Source: Burkholderiales bacterium
GTDB lineage: Bacteria > Pseudomonadota > Gammaproteobacteria > Burkholderiales > SG8-41
Direction of reading: 5' to 3'
DNA: 38,915 nt
NCBI GenBank assembly: GCA_035650035.1
Contig: DASRIK010000246.1
Location: forward strand, 1 to 38,915
The notes below the pieces were generated by a model. The model was not told the DNA's origin and did not search any database. It was given only the letters and a program-made list of their open reading frames with translations. Shown here one piece after another: positions 28,614-37,568 of this stretch (within the stretch, counting starts at the first letter, position 1; every line of letters starts with the position of its first letter). Position numbers and translations under genes: made by a program.

Positions 28614-28975
28614 TGGAGGTTCCTGACCTTCGGGTGAAGTCGATACGTGCGGTGCCCTTGATGGTGCCGCTCAATTACGTGCTCGGCACGAGCGCGGGTG
28701 CCGTGCGCTCGGCACCGCTGCTGCTCTTCGATCTCGAGACGCACGAAGCGGATCTCACCGCCGTGCGTGCGGCGAGAAACCACATACCTGACAATGTCGC
28801 GCTCATGGTCGATTACAACCAGGCGCTGAGCCTGCCGGAAGCAACGCGGCGCGGACGTGCATCGGACGGCGAGGACGTCTACTGGATCGAGGAGCCGGTC
28901 CGGCACGACGATTACGCGGGATGCGCCCGGATAAAGCGCGCGATTGAAATGGTGCGTAAGTTCGCGGCGAACTAG
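28610..28975 (+). pseudogene. Remnant of a mandelate racemase/muconate lactonizing enzyme (enolase superfamily) gene
   Basis: The 121-aa ORF joins an MR/MLE N-terminal capping start (LRVKSIRAVPLMVPLNYVLGTSAGAVRSAPLLLFDLETHEA) directly to a mid-barrel segment (AVRAARNHIPDNVALMVDYNQALSLPEA...VYWIEEPVRHDD) and then stops. Full-length family members are about 360-400 aa. Confidence 0.65.
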
Positions 28976-28982
28976 CGAAGTC

Positions 28983-30389
28983 ATGCAGCTCACGTCCAAT
29001 CGATTCAAGACGACCGCGCGCGCAAAGCTCGAAGACCGCAATCTTCAGATCGCGCTGGAGAAGCTGCAGACGAATTTCGTGAAAGGGCGTGCGCAGCGCG
29101 TAGCCGAGCTCGACAACTTCGAGGCGATCCGCGAGGCGGCTGCCGCGATTCGCGAGCGCGCGCTCGCGAACCTCGACGTCTATCTCGAGACATTCGAACG
29201 CAACGCGCAGGCCCGCGGCACGGTCGTGCACTGGGCGGAAACGACCGCGGACGTGAACCGCATCGTGTGCGATCTCGCGCGGCAATACGGCGTGCGCAAG
29301 GTCGTCAAATCGAAGTCGATGGTGAGCGAGGAATGCGCGCTCAACGACGCGCTCGAGGCGGCGGGGGTGGAAGTCGTCGAGACCGACCTGGGCGAATACA
29401 TCCTGCAGCTCGCCAAAGAGCCGCCATCGCACATCGTCGCGCCGGTCGTGCACAAGACGCGCGACGAGGTCTCGGATCTTTTCGAAGCGAAGCATCGCCG
29501 GCCGCGCACGAGCGTCATTGCGGAGCTCACGCGAGAAGCGCGCGAGATGCTGAGGCCGCATTTCCTGTCGGCCGACATGGGTGTCAGCGGCGCGAACTTC
29601 ATCGTGGCCGAGACGGGTTCCACGCTCATCGTGACGAACGAAGGCAACGGCCGCATGGTGACGAGCCTCCCGCGCGTGCACGTGGCAGTGACCGGCATCG
29701 AAAAAGTCGTCCCGACGCTTGAAGACGTGACCACGCTCCTGCGGCTGCTGCCGCGCCACGGCACCGGACAGATGATCACGAATTACATTTCGGTTACCAC
29801 GGGACCCCGACGTGCCGAAGACATCGAAGGTCCTGAACATTTCCACGTGATTCTCGTCGATGGCGGACGGAGCAAGCTTCTCGGCACCGACATGCAGCCG
29901 ATGTTGCGCTGCATACGCTGCGGCGCGTGTATGAACCACTGCCCGGTTTACCAGAGCGTCGGCGGCCATGCGTACGGCTGGGTCTATCCCGGCCCGATGG
30001 GATCGGTGCTCACGCCGACTTACGTGGGAATCGAGAATGCGCTCGATCTGCCGCACGCCTCGACGCTTTGCAATCAATGCGGCGTCGTATGCCCGGTTAA
30101 AATACCGTTGCCGGAGCTTCTCCGAAAATTGCGCGAGCAACAGTTCGCGCGAAAGCTGAGGCCATGGACCGAGCGCGCGGGTCTCGGAATCTGGGGCTGG
30201 GTCGCGCGCCGGCCGCGGCTCTATGCCTTCGCCTCGCGGATCGGCGCTCGCATGCTTCGCTGGATGGGCGGCGGCGAGGGACGCATACGCAAGCTTCCGG
30301 GAGCGAGCGGCTGGACCGGAGGGCGCGATTTACCCGCGCCGCAAGGAAGCACGTTTCGCGAGCTGTATCGAAAACATCGCAAGCATTAG
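28983..30389 (+). CDS. lutB: LutB/YkgF-type iron-sulfur protein (LUD domain + 2x[4Fe-4S])
   Basis: Start is trimmed to ATG 28983. The ferredoxin motifs CIRCGACMNHCPVY and CNQCGVVCPVKIP and a KSKSMVSEE LUD block are present. Confidence 0.88.
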   Translation: MQLTSNRFKTTARAKLEDRNLQIALEKLQTNFVKGRAQRVAELDNFEAIREAAAAIRERALANLDVYLETFERNAQARGTVVHWAETTADVNRIVCDLARQYGVRKVVKSKSMVSEECALNDALEAAGVEVVETDLGEYILQLAKEPPSHIVAPVVHKTRDEVSDLFEAKHRRPRTSVIAELTREAREMLRPHFLSADMGVSGANFIVAETGSTLIVTNEGNGRMVTSLPRVHVAVTGIEKVVPTLEDVTTLLRLLPRHGTGQMITNYISVTTGPRRAEDIEGPEHFHVILVDGGRSKLLGTDMQPMLRCIRCGACMNHCPVYQSVGGHAYGWVYPGPMGSVLTPTYVGIENALDLPHASTLCNQCGVVCPVKIPLPELLRKLREQQFARKLRPWTERAGLGIWGWVARRPRLYAFASRIGARMLRWMGGGEGRIRKLPGASGWTGGRDLPAPQGSTFRELYRKHRKH

Positions 30390-30404
30390 CCGGCAGGAGA
30401 ACGC

Positions 30405-31922
30405 ATGAACAAACCAGCAGATACGAACATGGAAACCGTCGCTCTGTGGATCAACGGGCGCAAGCAAGCCGCAACGAGCACGCGCTCGGGCGACGTCACC
30501 AATCCCGCAACGGGCGCGGTCGCGCGCCAGGTGCCGTTTTGCAACGAAGCCGACATCGACGCGGCCGTTCAGGCGGCAAAAGCGGCGTTCCCCGGCTGGC
30601 GCAAAACGCCGGCGTTGCGCCGCGCGCGGGTGCTCATGCGCTACCGCGAGCTCATCGAGAAGAATAAGGAAGAGCTTGCGCGTCTCATCACCGACGAGCA
30701 CGGCAAGACGCTCGTCGACGCTGCGGGCTCGGTGCAGCGCGGGCTCGAAGTCGTCGAGTTCGCGATGGGCATACCGCACCTGATCAAAGGCGAGCACAGC
30801 GAAGAAGTGGGCACGGACGTGGACACACATTCGCTGCGCGAGCCGCTGGGTGTCTGCGCCGGCATTACGCCATTCAACTTCCCTGCCATGGTGCCGCTCT
30901 GGATGTACCCGGTCGCGATCGCGTGCGGCAATACCTTCATTCTGAAACCCTCGGAGAAAGTGCCGTCCACGGCGATGCGGCTCGCGGAGCTTTTCAAGGA
31001 AGCAGGCCTTCCGGACGGTGTGCTCAATGTCGTGCACGGCGACAAGCAGGCGGTCGATGCATTGCTCGCGCATCCCGATATTCGCGCAGTGTCGTTCGTG
31101 GGCTCCACGCCAATCGCGAAATACATTTACGAGACTGGCGCGAAGCACGGCAAGCGCGTGCAGGCGCTCGGAGGCGCGAAAAACCACGCGGTCGTTTTGC
31201 CCGATGCGGATCTCGATTTCGCAGCCGATGCACTCATCGGCGCCGGCTATGGTTCGGCTGGCGAGCGCTGCATGGCGATCTCCGCGATCGTCGCCGTAGG
31301 CGATATAGCCGACGCGCTGGTGCAGAAACTTTCCGAACGCGCACAGAACCTGAAAATCGGTCCGGGCACGGGCAAAGACATGGACATGGGGCCGCTCGTC
31401 ACGGCCGCGCATCGCCAAAAGGTGGCGGGCTACGTCGACAAAGGGCTCGCCGAAGGCGCGAAGCTCGTCCTCGATGGACGCAGTTTCAAGGCTACGGGCC
31501 ACGAACAGGGGTTTTTCCTGGGGGCTTCGCTGTTCGACCACGTGAAGCCGGAGATGACGATCTACAAGGACGAGATCTTCGGACCCGTGCTTGGCGTGCT
31601 GCGTGTGAAGACGCTCGATGACGCGATCAAGCTCATCAACGCGAATCCTTATGCAAACGGCACCGCGGTATTCACCCGGTCGGGTGGGGCAGCGCGTAAA
31701 TTCGAGCGCGAGATCGAAGTTGGCATGGTCGGCATCAACGTGCCGATCCCGGTGCCGATCGCGTTTTTCTCCTTCGGCGGCTGGCGTGGCTCGCTGTTCG
31801 GCGATACGCACGTGCACGGCACGGAAGGCGTGCGCTTCTATACGCGCGGCAAGGTAGTGACCACGCGCTGGCCGGATGCGGATGCGCTGCCGACGGGTTT
31901 TCATATGCCGACGCTGGGCTGA
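30405..31922 (+). CDS. mmsA: CoA-acylating methylmalonate-semialdehyde dehydrogenase
   Basis: The 505-aa ALDH carries VSFVGSTPIAKYIY, ALGGAKNH and the catalytic Cys block GSAGERCMAIS. The C-terminal FFSFGGWRGSLFGD is typical of MmsA. Confidence 0.88.
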   Translation: MNKPADTNMETVALWINGRKQAATSTRSGDVTNPATGAVARQVPFCNEADIDAAVQAAKAAFPGWRKTPALRRARVLMRYRELIEKNKEELARLITDEHGKTLVDAAGSVQRGLEVVEFAMGIPHLIKGEHSEEVGTDVDTHSLREPLGVCAGITPFNFPAMVPLWMYPVAIACGNTFILKPSEKVPSTAMRLAELFKEAGLPDGVLNVVHGDKQAVDALLAHPDIRAVSFVGSTPIAKYIYETGAKHGKRVQALGGAKNHAVVLPDADLDFAADALIGAGYGSAGERCMAISAIVAVGDIADALVQKLSERAQNLKIGPGTGKDMDMGPLVTAAHRQKVAGYVDKGLAEGAKLVLDGRSFKATGHEQGFFLGASLFDHVKPEMTIYKDEIFGPVLGVLRVKTLDDAIKLINANPYANGTAVFTRSGGAARKFEREIEVGMVGINVPIPVPIAFFSFGGWRGSLFGDTHVHGTEGVRFYTRGKVVTTRWPDADALPTGFHMPTLG

Positions 31923-31937
31923 AGTGACGGGTGACGT

Positions 31938-32603
31938 GTGACGGCCACGACCCCCAGAGACAGGATGCTCGCGCTCATCCGGGAGCGGCAGGGCAAGCCG
32001 CCGGCTCCGCAGCCTCGCGAAATCGAAGCCGTCCGCGCTCACCTGTCGGCGCACACGCTCAACCCCGTTCCGCGAGATGGCTGGGCGCCGCTCGCGCGCT
32101 TTCGCGAGCGCGCGCTGTCACTTGCCTCGACGCTGGATGACGTCGCGCAAAGGACGGATGTACCGGCGCACGTCGCCGCTTATCTGAAAGAGCATGGGCT
32201 GACGCTGCGCGCGGTGTGCTGGCGCGAGCTACTCGAGCTCGACTGGCAGGCGAGCGGCATCGGAGTCGAAGCACGAGCCGGGCGCAGCGACGACCTCGTC
32301 GGCATTACCGGTGCTTACTGCGCGATCGCGGAAACCGGGACGCTCGTGACGCTGTCCGGGCCGGACACGCCGCCGAGCGTGAGCCTGCTGCCCGAAACTC
32401 ACATTGCCGTGATGGATGCCGCCCGTGTCGTGCCGACGATGGAGGACGCGTGGCAGCTCATGCGCGTGGAGCTCGGCAGCCTGCCGCGGGCCGTCAATTT
32501 CATTTCGGGGCCGTCGCGGACTGCCGATATCGAGCAGACGGTCACTTTGGGCGCCCACGGGCCCTATCGCGTACACATCATTCTGGTGAGTGGCTCGAGC
32601 TGA
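31938..32603 (+). CDS. lutC: LutC/YkgG-type LUD-domain protein
   Basis: ITGAYCAIAETGTLV, LPETHIAVM and FISGPSRTADIE blocks are present. The start is GTG 31938 (alternative ATG 31965). Confidence 0.8.
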   Translation: MTATTPRDRMLALIRERQGKPPAPQPREIEAVRAHLSAHTLNPVPRDGWAPLARFRERALSLASTLDDVAQRTDVPAHVAAYLKEHGLTLRAVCWRELLELDWQASGIGVEARAGRSDDLVGITGAYCAIAETGTLVTLSGPDTPPSVSLLPETHIAVMDAARVVPTMEDAWQLMRVELGSLPRAVNFISGPSRTADIEQTVTLGAHGPYRVHIILVSGSS

Positions 32604-32751
32604 GCTCCCCGCGGCGCGCAGGCGCGTGGAAGATGTTGCATTGCAATGTGTAACAATTACCACCTTCAGGCTGCACACTCTGCGCTACACGCTCGCACGA
32701 GCCGCTGGTGCGAACGTTGCTAAAGATAGCCGCCATGAGCCGGAGCCGCCA

Positions 32752-33540
32752 TTGCAGGTCCTGACGCCAAGCCTCGATCTCGCTGGATTCTTTCAGCGCA
32801 TCGCCGAAGCGCCCGCTCGGCTGCTCATGCTCGACTACGACGGCACGCTCGCGCCGTTTCACGCCGATCCGTTGCGCGCCGTGCCGTATCCGGAAGTCGC
32901 AGATGTGTTGAAAAGAATCGTCGAGTCGGGCGGCACGCGGGTCGTTGTCGTAAGCGGGCGTCCGGCGGATGAAGTGCCTCCGCTGCTCGGTTTGCGCGAT
33001 CGCCCGGAGATCTGGGGATCGCACGGCTGGGAGCGATTGCTGCCCGAAGGCCGTCGAGTGGCGGAGCAGCCCGGCGCCGAAGCACAACGCGCACTGCGCG
33101 CTGCAGCCGCGGCCGTGGAGAGCGCTCTCTCGGAAGGCGGTCGCATCGAGCACAAGCTCGCGAGCGTTGCGCTCCATTGGCGCGGCCTGCAGCGTGAGGC
33201 CGCGGACACGCTTCGCCGGCGCGCAAACGAGCTCTGGCAGCCGATCGCGGCGGGCGGCGCGGTCGAGATTCTGCCGTTCGACGGCGGACTCGAGCTGCGA
33301 ACCGTCGGCTGCAACAAGCAGTACGCGGTCAAAGCCGTATTGTCGGAAAGCGCGCAGGAGAGCGCGATCGCGTATCTCGGCGACGACATCACGGACGAAG
33401 ATGCTTTTCGCGCGGTGAAGACGCGGGGCATCGGCGTGCTCGTCCGTCCCGAGTTTCGCGAAACCGCGGCGGATGTGTGGCTGAGGCCGCCGCAGGAGCT
33501 CGTTGAATTCATGGGCCGTTGGGCCGTGGGGCCACATTAG
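32752..33540 (+). CDS. otsB: Trehalose-6-phosphate phosphatase
   Basis: HAD motifs LDYDGTLAP, VVSGR and YLGDDITDEDAF are present. The start is set to TTG 32752, preceded by GGAG at 6-nt spacing. It is uncertain, because the ORF is open back to 32590. Confidence 0.82.
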   Translation: MQVLTPSLDLAGFFQRIAEAPARLLMLDYDGTLAPFHADPLRAVPYPEVADVLKRIVESGGTRVVVVSGRPADEVPPLLGLRDRPEIWGSHGWERLLPEGRRVAEQPGAEAQRALRAAAAAVESALSEGGRIEHKLASVALHWRGLQREAADTLRRRANELWQPIAAGGAVEILPFDGGLELRTVGCNKQYAVKAVLSESAQESAIAYLGDDITDEDAFRAVKTRGIGVLVRPEFRETAADVWLRPPQELVEFMGRWAVGPH

Positions 33541-33688
33541 GCGTTGCGGATTCCCTCGCCCCTTGCGAATTACTTTAAGCTAGAGGTCGGGCGCGCGAGC
33601 GTCCAAGCCGGAAATGGTACAGACAGACAGACAGAGCAGGCGTGATACAGAGCCAGAGCCGGCGAAGAATGGGAACAGGGGTTCGCGC

Positions 33689-35185
33689 ATGAAGCGCGGT
33701 AGGGAGCGGTTGATCGTCGTGTCGAATCGGCTGCCTTACGTTTTCGTTCGTGCCCCCGGCGGTGGCTGGAAGACGCAGGGCGGCTCGGGCGGGCTCGTGA
33801 CCGCACTCGTTCCCGTTCTGCGCGATCGCGGGGGCACGTGGATCGGCTGGCCGGGCACGAGTGGCGACAGTGACGGCCTCGACCAGGCGCTGAAGGGGGC
33901 GAGCGAACAACTCGGCATCAACCTTCGCGGCGTTCAGCTCGAGGTCCCGGACATCGACAACTTCTACCACGGGTTCTCGAACGAGATCATCTGGCCGCTT
34001 TTTCACGACTTCGCTTCGCTCTGCATTTTCGATCCGAAGTACTGGGCGAGCTACAAGGAAGTGAATCGCCGCTTCGCGAAGGCCGTGGTCGACGAGTGCG
34101 GTAAAGCGGATTTCGTCTGGGTGCATGACTACCACCTGATGAACGTCGCGGCGGAAGCGCGCTCGCTCGGGTGCAAAGTGCGCATGGGTTTTTTCCTGCA
34201 CATCCCGTTTCCGCCGCCCGACATCTTCTTCAAGCTTCCCTGGCGCTCGACGCTGCTGCATGCGCTTCTTCGTTATGACCTCATCGGTTTTCAGACGCTG
34301 CGCGACAGGCGCAATTTCGTCCAGTGCCTGAGATTTTCCGAAGGCCCGGTCACGGTTCAGGGCAAAGGCAACGTCGTGACGGTGACGGCGGGCGCATACA
34401 CCGCGCGCGTCGGCAATTTTCCGATCAGCATCGATTACGGAAGCTTCGCGCGGCAGGCCGCTGCTGCCGACGTGTCTGCGCGCGCCGAGGAGCTCCACCG
34501 CAAGCTTCCGCAACGAAAGCTCATCCTCGGCATCGACCGCCTCGATTACACCAAGGGCATCCCGCAGCGGCTGCTCGCATTCCGTAACGCGCTCGACCGT
34601 TACCCGGAGCTACGCGAGCGCATCTCGCTCATCCAGGTGGTGGTGCCGAGCCGCGTTGACATCCCGCAGTACCACGAGTTGAAGACGCAGATCGAGCAAC
34701 TCGTGGGCGAGATCAACGGCACCTTCATGCGCCCCGGCGGCTGGGTGCCTGTGTGGTACCTGTACAGCAGCCTCTCGCGCAACGAGCTGCTTGCGTACTA
34801 TCGCGCGGCGCACATTGCGCTCGTGACGCCCCTCAAGGACGGGATGAATCTCGTCGCCAAGGAATATTGCGCCTGCAGCATCGAGGAAGACTGCGTGCTG
34901 ATACTCAGCGAGTTCGCCGGGGCTGCCGCACAGTTGCAGCGTGGCGCGCTGCTCGTGAATCCTTACGACATCGAAGGCGTCGCCGACGCGATCTACCGCG
35001 CGTACACGATGAGCGACGATGAACGGCGCAATCGCATGCGCAGGCTGCGGCGGAGCATCCGGGAGTGCGACATCTTCTGGTGGGTCGACACCTACCTTCA
35101 GGCAGCGATCGAGCGCGACCTCTCCGATTATCCGCAGCCGGAGAACTATGTGCCTGAAGCGGCAGCGGATTATGTCCCGATCTAG
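33689..35185 (+). CDS. otsA: Alpha,alpha-trehalose-phosphate synthase (GT20)
   Basis: Start is trimmed to ATG 33689 ([17 protein letters not shown]). [20 protein letters not shown] and [14 protein letters not shown] are present. Confidence 0.92.
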   Translation: MKRGRERLIVVSNRLPYVFVRAPGGGWKTQGGSGGLVTALVPVLRDRGGTWIGWPGTSGDSDGLDQALKGASEQLGINLRGVQLEVPDIDNFYHGFSNEIIWPLFHDFASLCIFDPKYWASYKEVNRRFAKAVVDECGKADFVWVHDYHLMNVAAEARSLGCKVRMGFFLHIPFPPPDIFFKLPWRSTLLHALLRYDLIGFQTLRDRRNFVQCLRFSEGPVTVQGKGNVVTVTAGAYTARVGNFPISIDYGSFARQAAAADVSARAEELHRKLPQRKLILGIDRLDYTKGIPQRLLAFRNALDRYPELRERISLIQVVVPSRVDIPQYHELKTQIEQLVGEINGTFMRPGGWVPVWYLYSSLSRNELLAYYRAAHIALVTPLKDGMNLVAKEYCACSIEEDCVLILSEFAGAAAQLQRGALLVNPYDIEGVADAIYRAYTMSDDERRNRMRRLRRSIRECDIFWWVDTYLQAAIERDLSDYPQPENYVPEAAADYVPI

Positions 35186-35266
35186 GATGGCGTAGTGGCG
35201 GGCGCGGAGCTTGCTAGGCATCCCTCGAAGTCCTCGGCACCCAAATGCATAATTGAGGAGATCGAC

Positions 35267-35899
35267 ATGCGTAAGATCAGGACAGCATTGGTTGTGACAG
35301 TGGCGCTCGCGTCTTCGGCTGCGTGGGCACAGCAGATGGGCGGTCAAACTGCCGCGGGCAGCCGGTCCGGGATGGCGTTCGACTCCGCCACTATGGGCAA
35401 CCAGACCAACGCACGCAGCGGTACGCAAGGCTCCCGCGGCGTGGTGACTGGCGGAACGGGCGACGGCGGAATCGCGCTGCATAGCGATGCCGCGAAGGCG
35501 GGCACGAACGTCCCCGCCATCAGCGGCGGCGTCAGCCTGAACGCGCGAGACAACCTCCGCGCACAGGAACGCGACGCGAACGTGAAGCTCGTGTTCTCAC
35601 TGAATACCGGGAACTACGTCTCGGACGTGCAGTTGAAAGTCGTCGACAGCAAAGGCAGCACGGTGATCGACGACGTCTCGAACGGTCCGTGGGTGCTCGC
35701 GAAGCTGCCGGCGGGAAGCTATACGGCGAACGCGACCTATAACGGCAAAACGGTGACGCAGAAGTTCACGGCGGGCAAGAGCGGGTTGCGCACCGCGCAT
35801 TTCCGCTGGCCGGCAAGCGTCGAAGGTGTAGGCGCCGCGGACGCTGAAGCAGCCGGCGGCCAGATCCTCGGCACAGGCCCGCAGGAGCCGCAACGGTAG
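35267..35899 (+). CDS. Secreted hypothetical protein with a carboxypeptidase-regulatory-like beta-sandwich domain
   Basis: ATG 35267 follows GAGGAG. It has a signal peptide (MRKIRTALVVTVALASSAAWA) and a Gly/Ser/Thr-rich linker. VQLKVVDSKGSTVIDDVSNGPWVLAKLPAGSYTANATYNGKT resembles CarboxypepD_reg folds. Confidence 0.6.
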   Translation: MRKIRTALVVTVALASSAAWAQQMGGQTAAGSRSGMAFDSATMGNQTNARSGTQGSRGVVTGGTGDGGIALHSDAAKAGTNVPAISGGVSLNARDNLRAQERDANVKLVFSLNTGNYVSDVQLKVVDSKGSTVIDDVSNGPWVLAKLPAGSYTANATYNGKTVTQKFTAGKSGLRTAHFRWPASVEGVGAADAEAAGGQILGTGPQEPQR

Positions 35900-36029
35900 A
35901 GAGTCGTCGTCCGCGCAGGTCGCGCGGGGGTCGCCACCTCCCCAAGAGGGCTTTCCGCGATAACCGTAGCCCGCGGCGCCGCATCGGCCGGTCAGTTGTA
36001 GCGGCGCTTGATGTAGGCATATAGTTCCC

Positions 36030-36060
36030 GAGCCGTCCCACCTCGAGGTGCGGACGGCTC
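36030..36060. promoter_or_regulatory. 31-bp near-perfect palindrome 27 nt upstream of the nfeD start
   Basis: GAGCCGTCC-C-CACCTCGAGGTG-C-GGACGGCTC. 29 of 31 positions are self-complementary, with one symmetric C/C mismatch pair. No U-tract follows. Confidence 0.4.
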
Positions 36061-36086
36061 GACTACGTACGGGGCCTCGCACGCGC

Positions 36087-37490
36087 ATGAAAGTACCGCC
36101 GGTCGTGGTGATCCGAATGCTGATCGCGTGGGTTGCGCTCATTGCGCTGCTTTTCGCGATGGCATCCACGCGGGCTGCAGAGCGTGAGAGCGCCGCGGCG
36201 AAACGGGCCGGCAGCGTGGTGGTGATTACGCTCGATGGCGCGATCTCGCCGGCGACCGCCGATTACGCCGTCCGCGGCATCCGCAAAGCGGCCGAGCAGC
36301 GTGCCGCGCTCGTCGTGCTCAAGCTCGATACGCCGGGCGGCCTCGACACGTCGATGCGCTCGATCATCAAGGCGATACTCGCTTCGTCCGTGCCGGTCGC
36401 CACGTATGTCGGCCCGGATGGCGCCCGTGCCGCGAGCGCCGGCACGTACATCCTTTACGCGAGCCACATCGCGGCAATGGCGCCGGCGACCAACCTCGGC
36501 GCGGCAACCCCTGTTTCGATCGGCGGCGGCGATGACGGCATCAAGCCCGCGGAAAGGCCGGCCAGAGAGAAAGACAAAGGCAAAGGTGAGAACCAGCCGG
36601 GCATGCGCGAGAGCCTGCGAAACAAGCAAATCAACGACGCAGCCGCCTACATCCGCAGCCTCGCCGAAATGAGAGGCCGCAATGCCGAATGGGCCGAACG
36701 TGCCGTGCGCGAAGCGGTGAGCCTTTCGGCGGCGGAAGCGCGCAAGCTCAAGGTGATCGATCTCGTGGCGCGCGACATCCCGGATCTTCTCAAGCAGCTC
36801 GACGGCCGCAAGGTGAATGCCGCGGGCGTGGAGCGCACGCTCGACACCGCGAACGCCACGCTCGTCGAAGTGGAACCCGACTGGCGCACGCGCCTCCTCA
36901 TGGTCGTAACCGATCCGAGCGTTGCCGTAATCCTGATGATGATCGGCATCTACGGGATCATTTTCGAGTTCATGAACCCGGGTTTCGTGTTGCCGGGCGT
37001 GCTCGGCGGCATCTGCCTGCTGGTTGCGCTCTATGCGTTTCAGCTCCTGCCGATCAACTATGCGGGCATCGCGCTGATACTTCTCGGGATCGCCTTCATC
37101 GTCGCCGAAGCATTCATGCCGAGCTTCGGTGCGCTCGGTATCGGCGGCGTCGTGGCGCTCGCGATCGGCATGGTCATTCTCATCGATCCCGAGACCGCGC
37201 CGGGTTTCGATATTCCGCTTGCGTTTATCGCGGGCTTGAGCGCGATGATGGGGCTGGCGCTTTTCGCCACTGCATATCTCGCGGTCAAGGCGCGGCGGCA
37301 GCCCGTCGTCAGCGGTCGCGAAGACCTGCACGGGGCCGACGCCGTGGTGCTCGAGGATTTCGAACGCGAGGGCTGGGCGCGAGTGCGCGGCGAGCGCTGG
37401 CGCGTGCAGAGCGCGGTACCGCTGAAACGCGGCGAGCACGCACGCGTGACGCGCGTGTCGGGACTTACATTGACGATCGATAAGACGTAA
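36087..37490 (+). CDS. NfeD-family membrane-bound ClpP-class serine protease (long form)
   Basis: VVVITLDGAISPATADY, KLDTPGGL and AASAGTYILYASH form the ClpP-like domain. A multi-TM segment and a C-terminal OB-fold block (GWARVRGERWRVQS) follow. The start could be 36087 or 36117. Confidence 0.87.
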   Translation: MKVPPVVVIRMLIAWVALIALLFAMASTRAAERESAAAKRAGSVVVITLDGAISPATADYAVRGIRKAAEQRAALVVLKLDTPGGLDTSMRSIIKAILASSVPVATYVGPDGARAASAGTYILYASHIAAMAPATNLGAATPVSIGGGDDGIKPAERPAREKDKGKGENQPGMRESLRNKQINDAAAYIRSLAEMRGRNAEWAERAVREAVSLSAAEARKLKVIDLVARDIPDLLKQLDGRKVNAAGVERTLDTANATLVEVEPDWRTRLLMVVTDPSVAVILMMIGIYGIIFEFMNPGFVLPGVLGGICLLVALYAFQLLPINYAGIALILLGIAFIVAEAFMPSFGALGIGGVVALAIGMVILIDPETAPGFDIPLAFIAGLSAMMGLALFATAYLAVKARRQPVVSGREDLHGADAVVLEDFEREGWARVRGERWRVQSAVPLKRGEHARVTRVSGLTLTIDKT

Positions 37491-37545
37491 GCCGTAAACC
37501 GTAACCGTAAGCGGCGGGCCGCAACGGCGGCTGACGGCTTACGGC
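37487..37545 (+). repeat. CCGTAA-type short repeats forming a long stem-loop in the nfeD-SPFH spacer
   Basis: GTAAGCCGT (37487-37495) pairs with ACGGCTTAC (37534-37542). Alternatively CCGTAAGC (37505-37512) pairs with GCTTACGG (37537-37544). The direct repeats read gccgtaa / accgtaa / ccgtaag. Confidence 0.6.
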
Positions 37546-37568
37546 TCACGAATAAGAAGGAGGAAAGC

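Noticed and set aside
26859-32054. A series of long minus-strand ORFs (506, 445 and 574 aa) opposite lutA/panE-like, lutB and mmsA
   Set aside because: The plus-strand products carry diagnostic motifs (CCG motifs, 4Fe-4S ferredoxin motifs, the ALDH catalytic Cys). The minus-strand translations are Arg/His-rich low-information sequences.
32626-32700. An AT-richer patch with the palindrome TTGCAtTGCAA and a TAACAAT box upstream of otsB, considered as a promoter or operator
   Set aside because: The hexamer spacings do not fit a sigma-70 promoter (9 nt between the best boxes). The region is also still inside the open otsB reading frame, so it is left uncalled.
36063-37439. A 458-aa minus-strand ORF opposite nfeD, and similar cases at 17494-18633 (opposite the IclR gene), 12060-12797 (opposite purB) and 23453-24583 / 24608-25312 (alternative frames of the Mo large subunit)
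   Set aside because: The reasoning is the same. The partner-strand or partner-frame gene is clearly homologous to a known family and these ORFs are compositionally aberrant.
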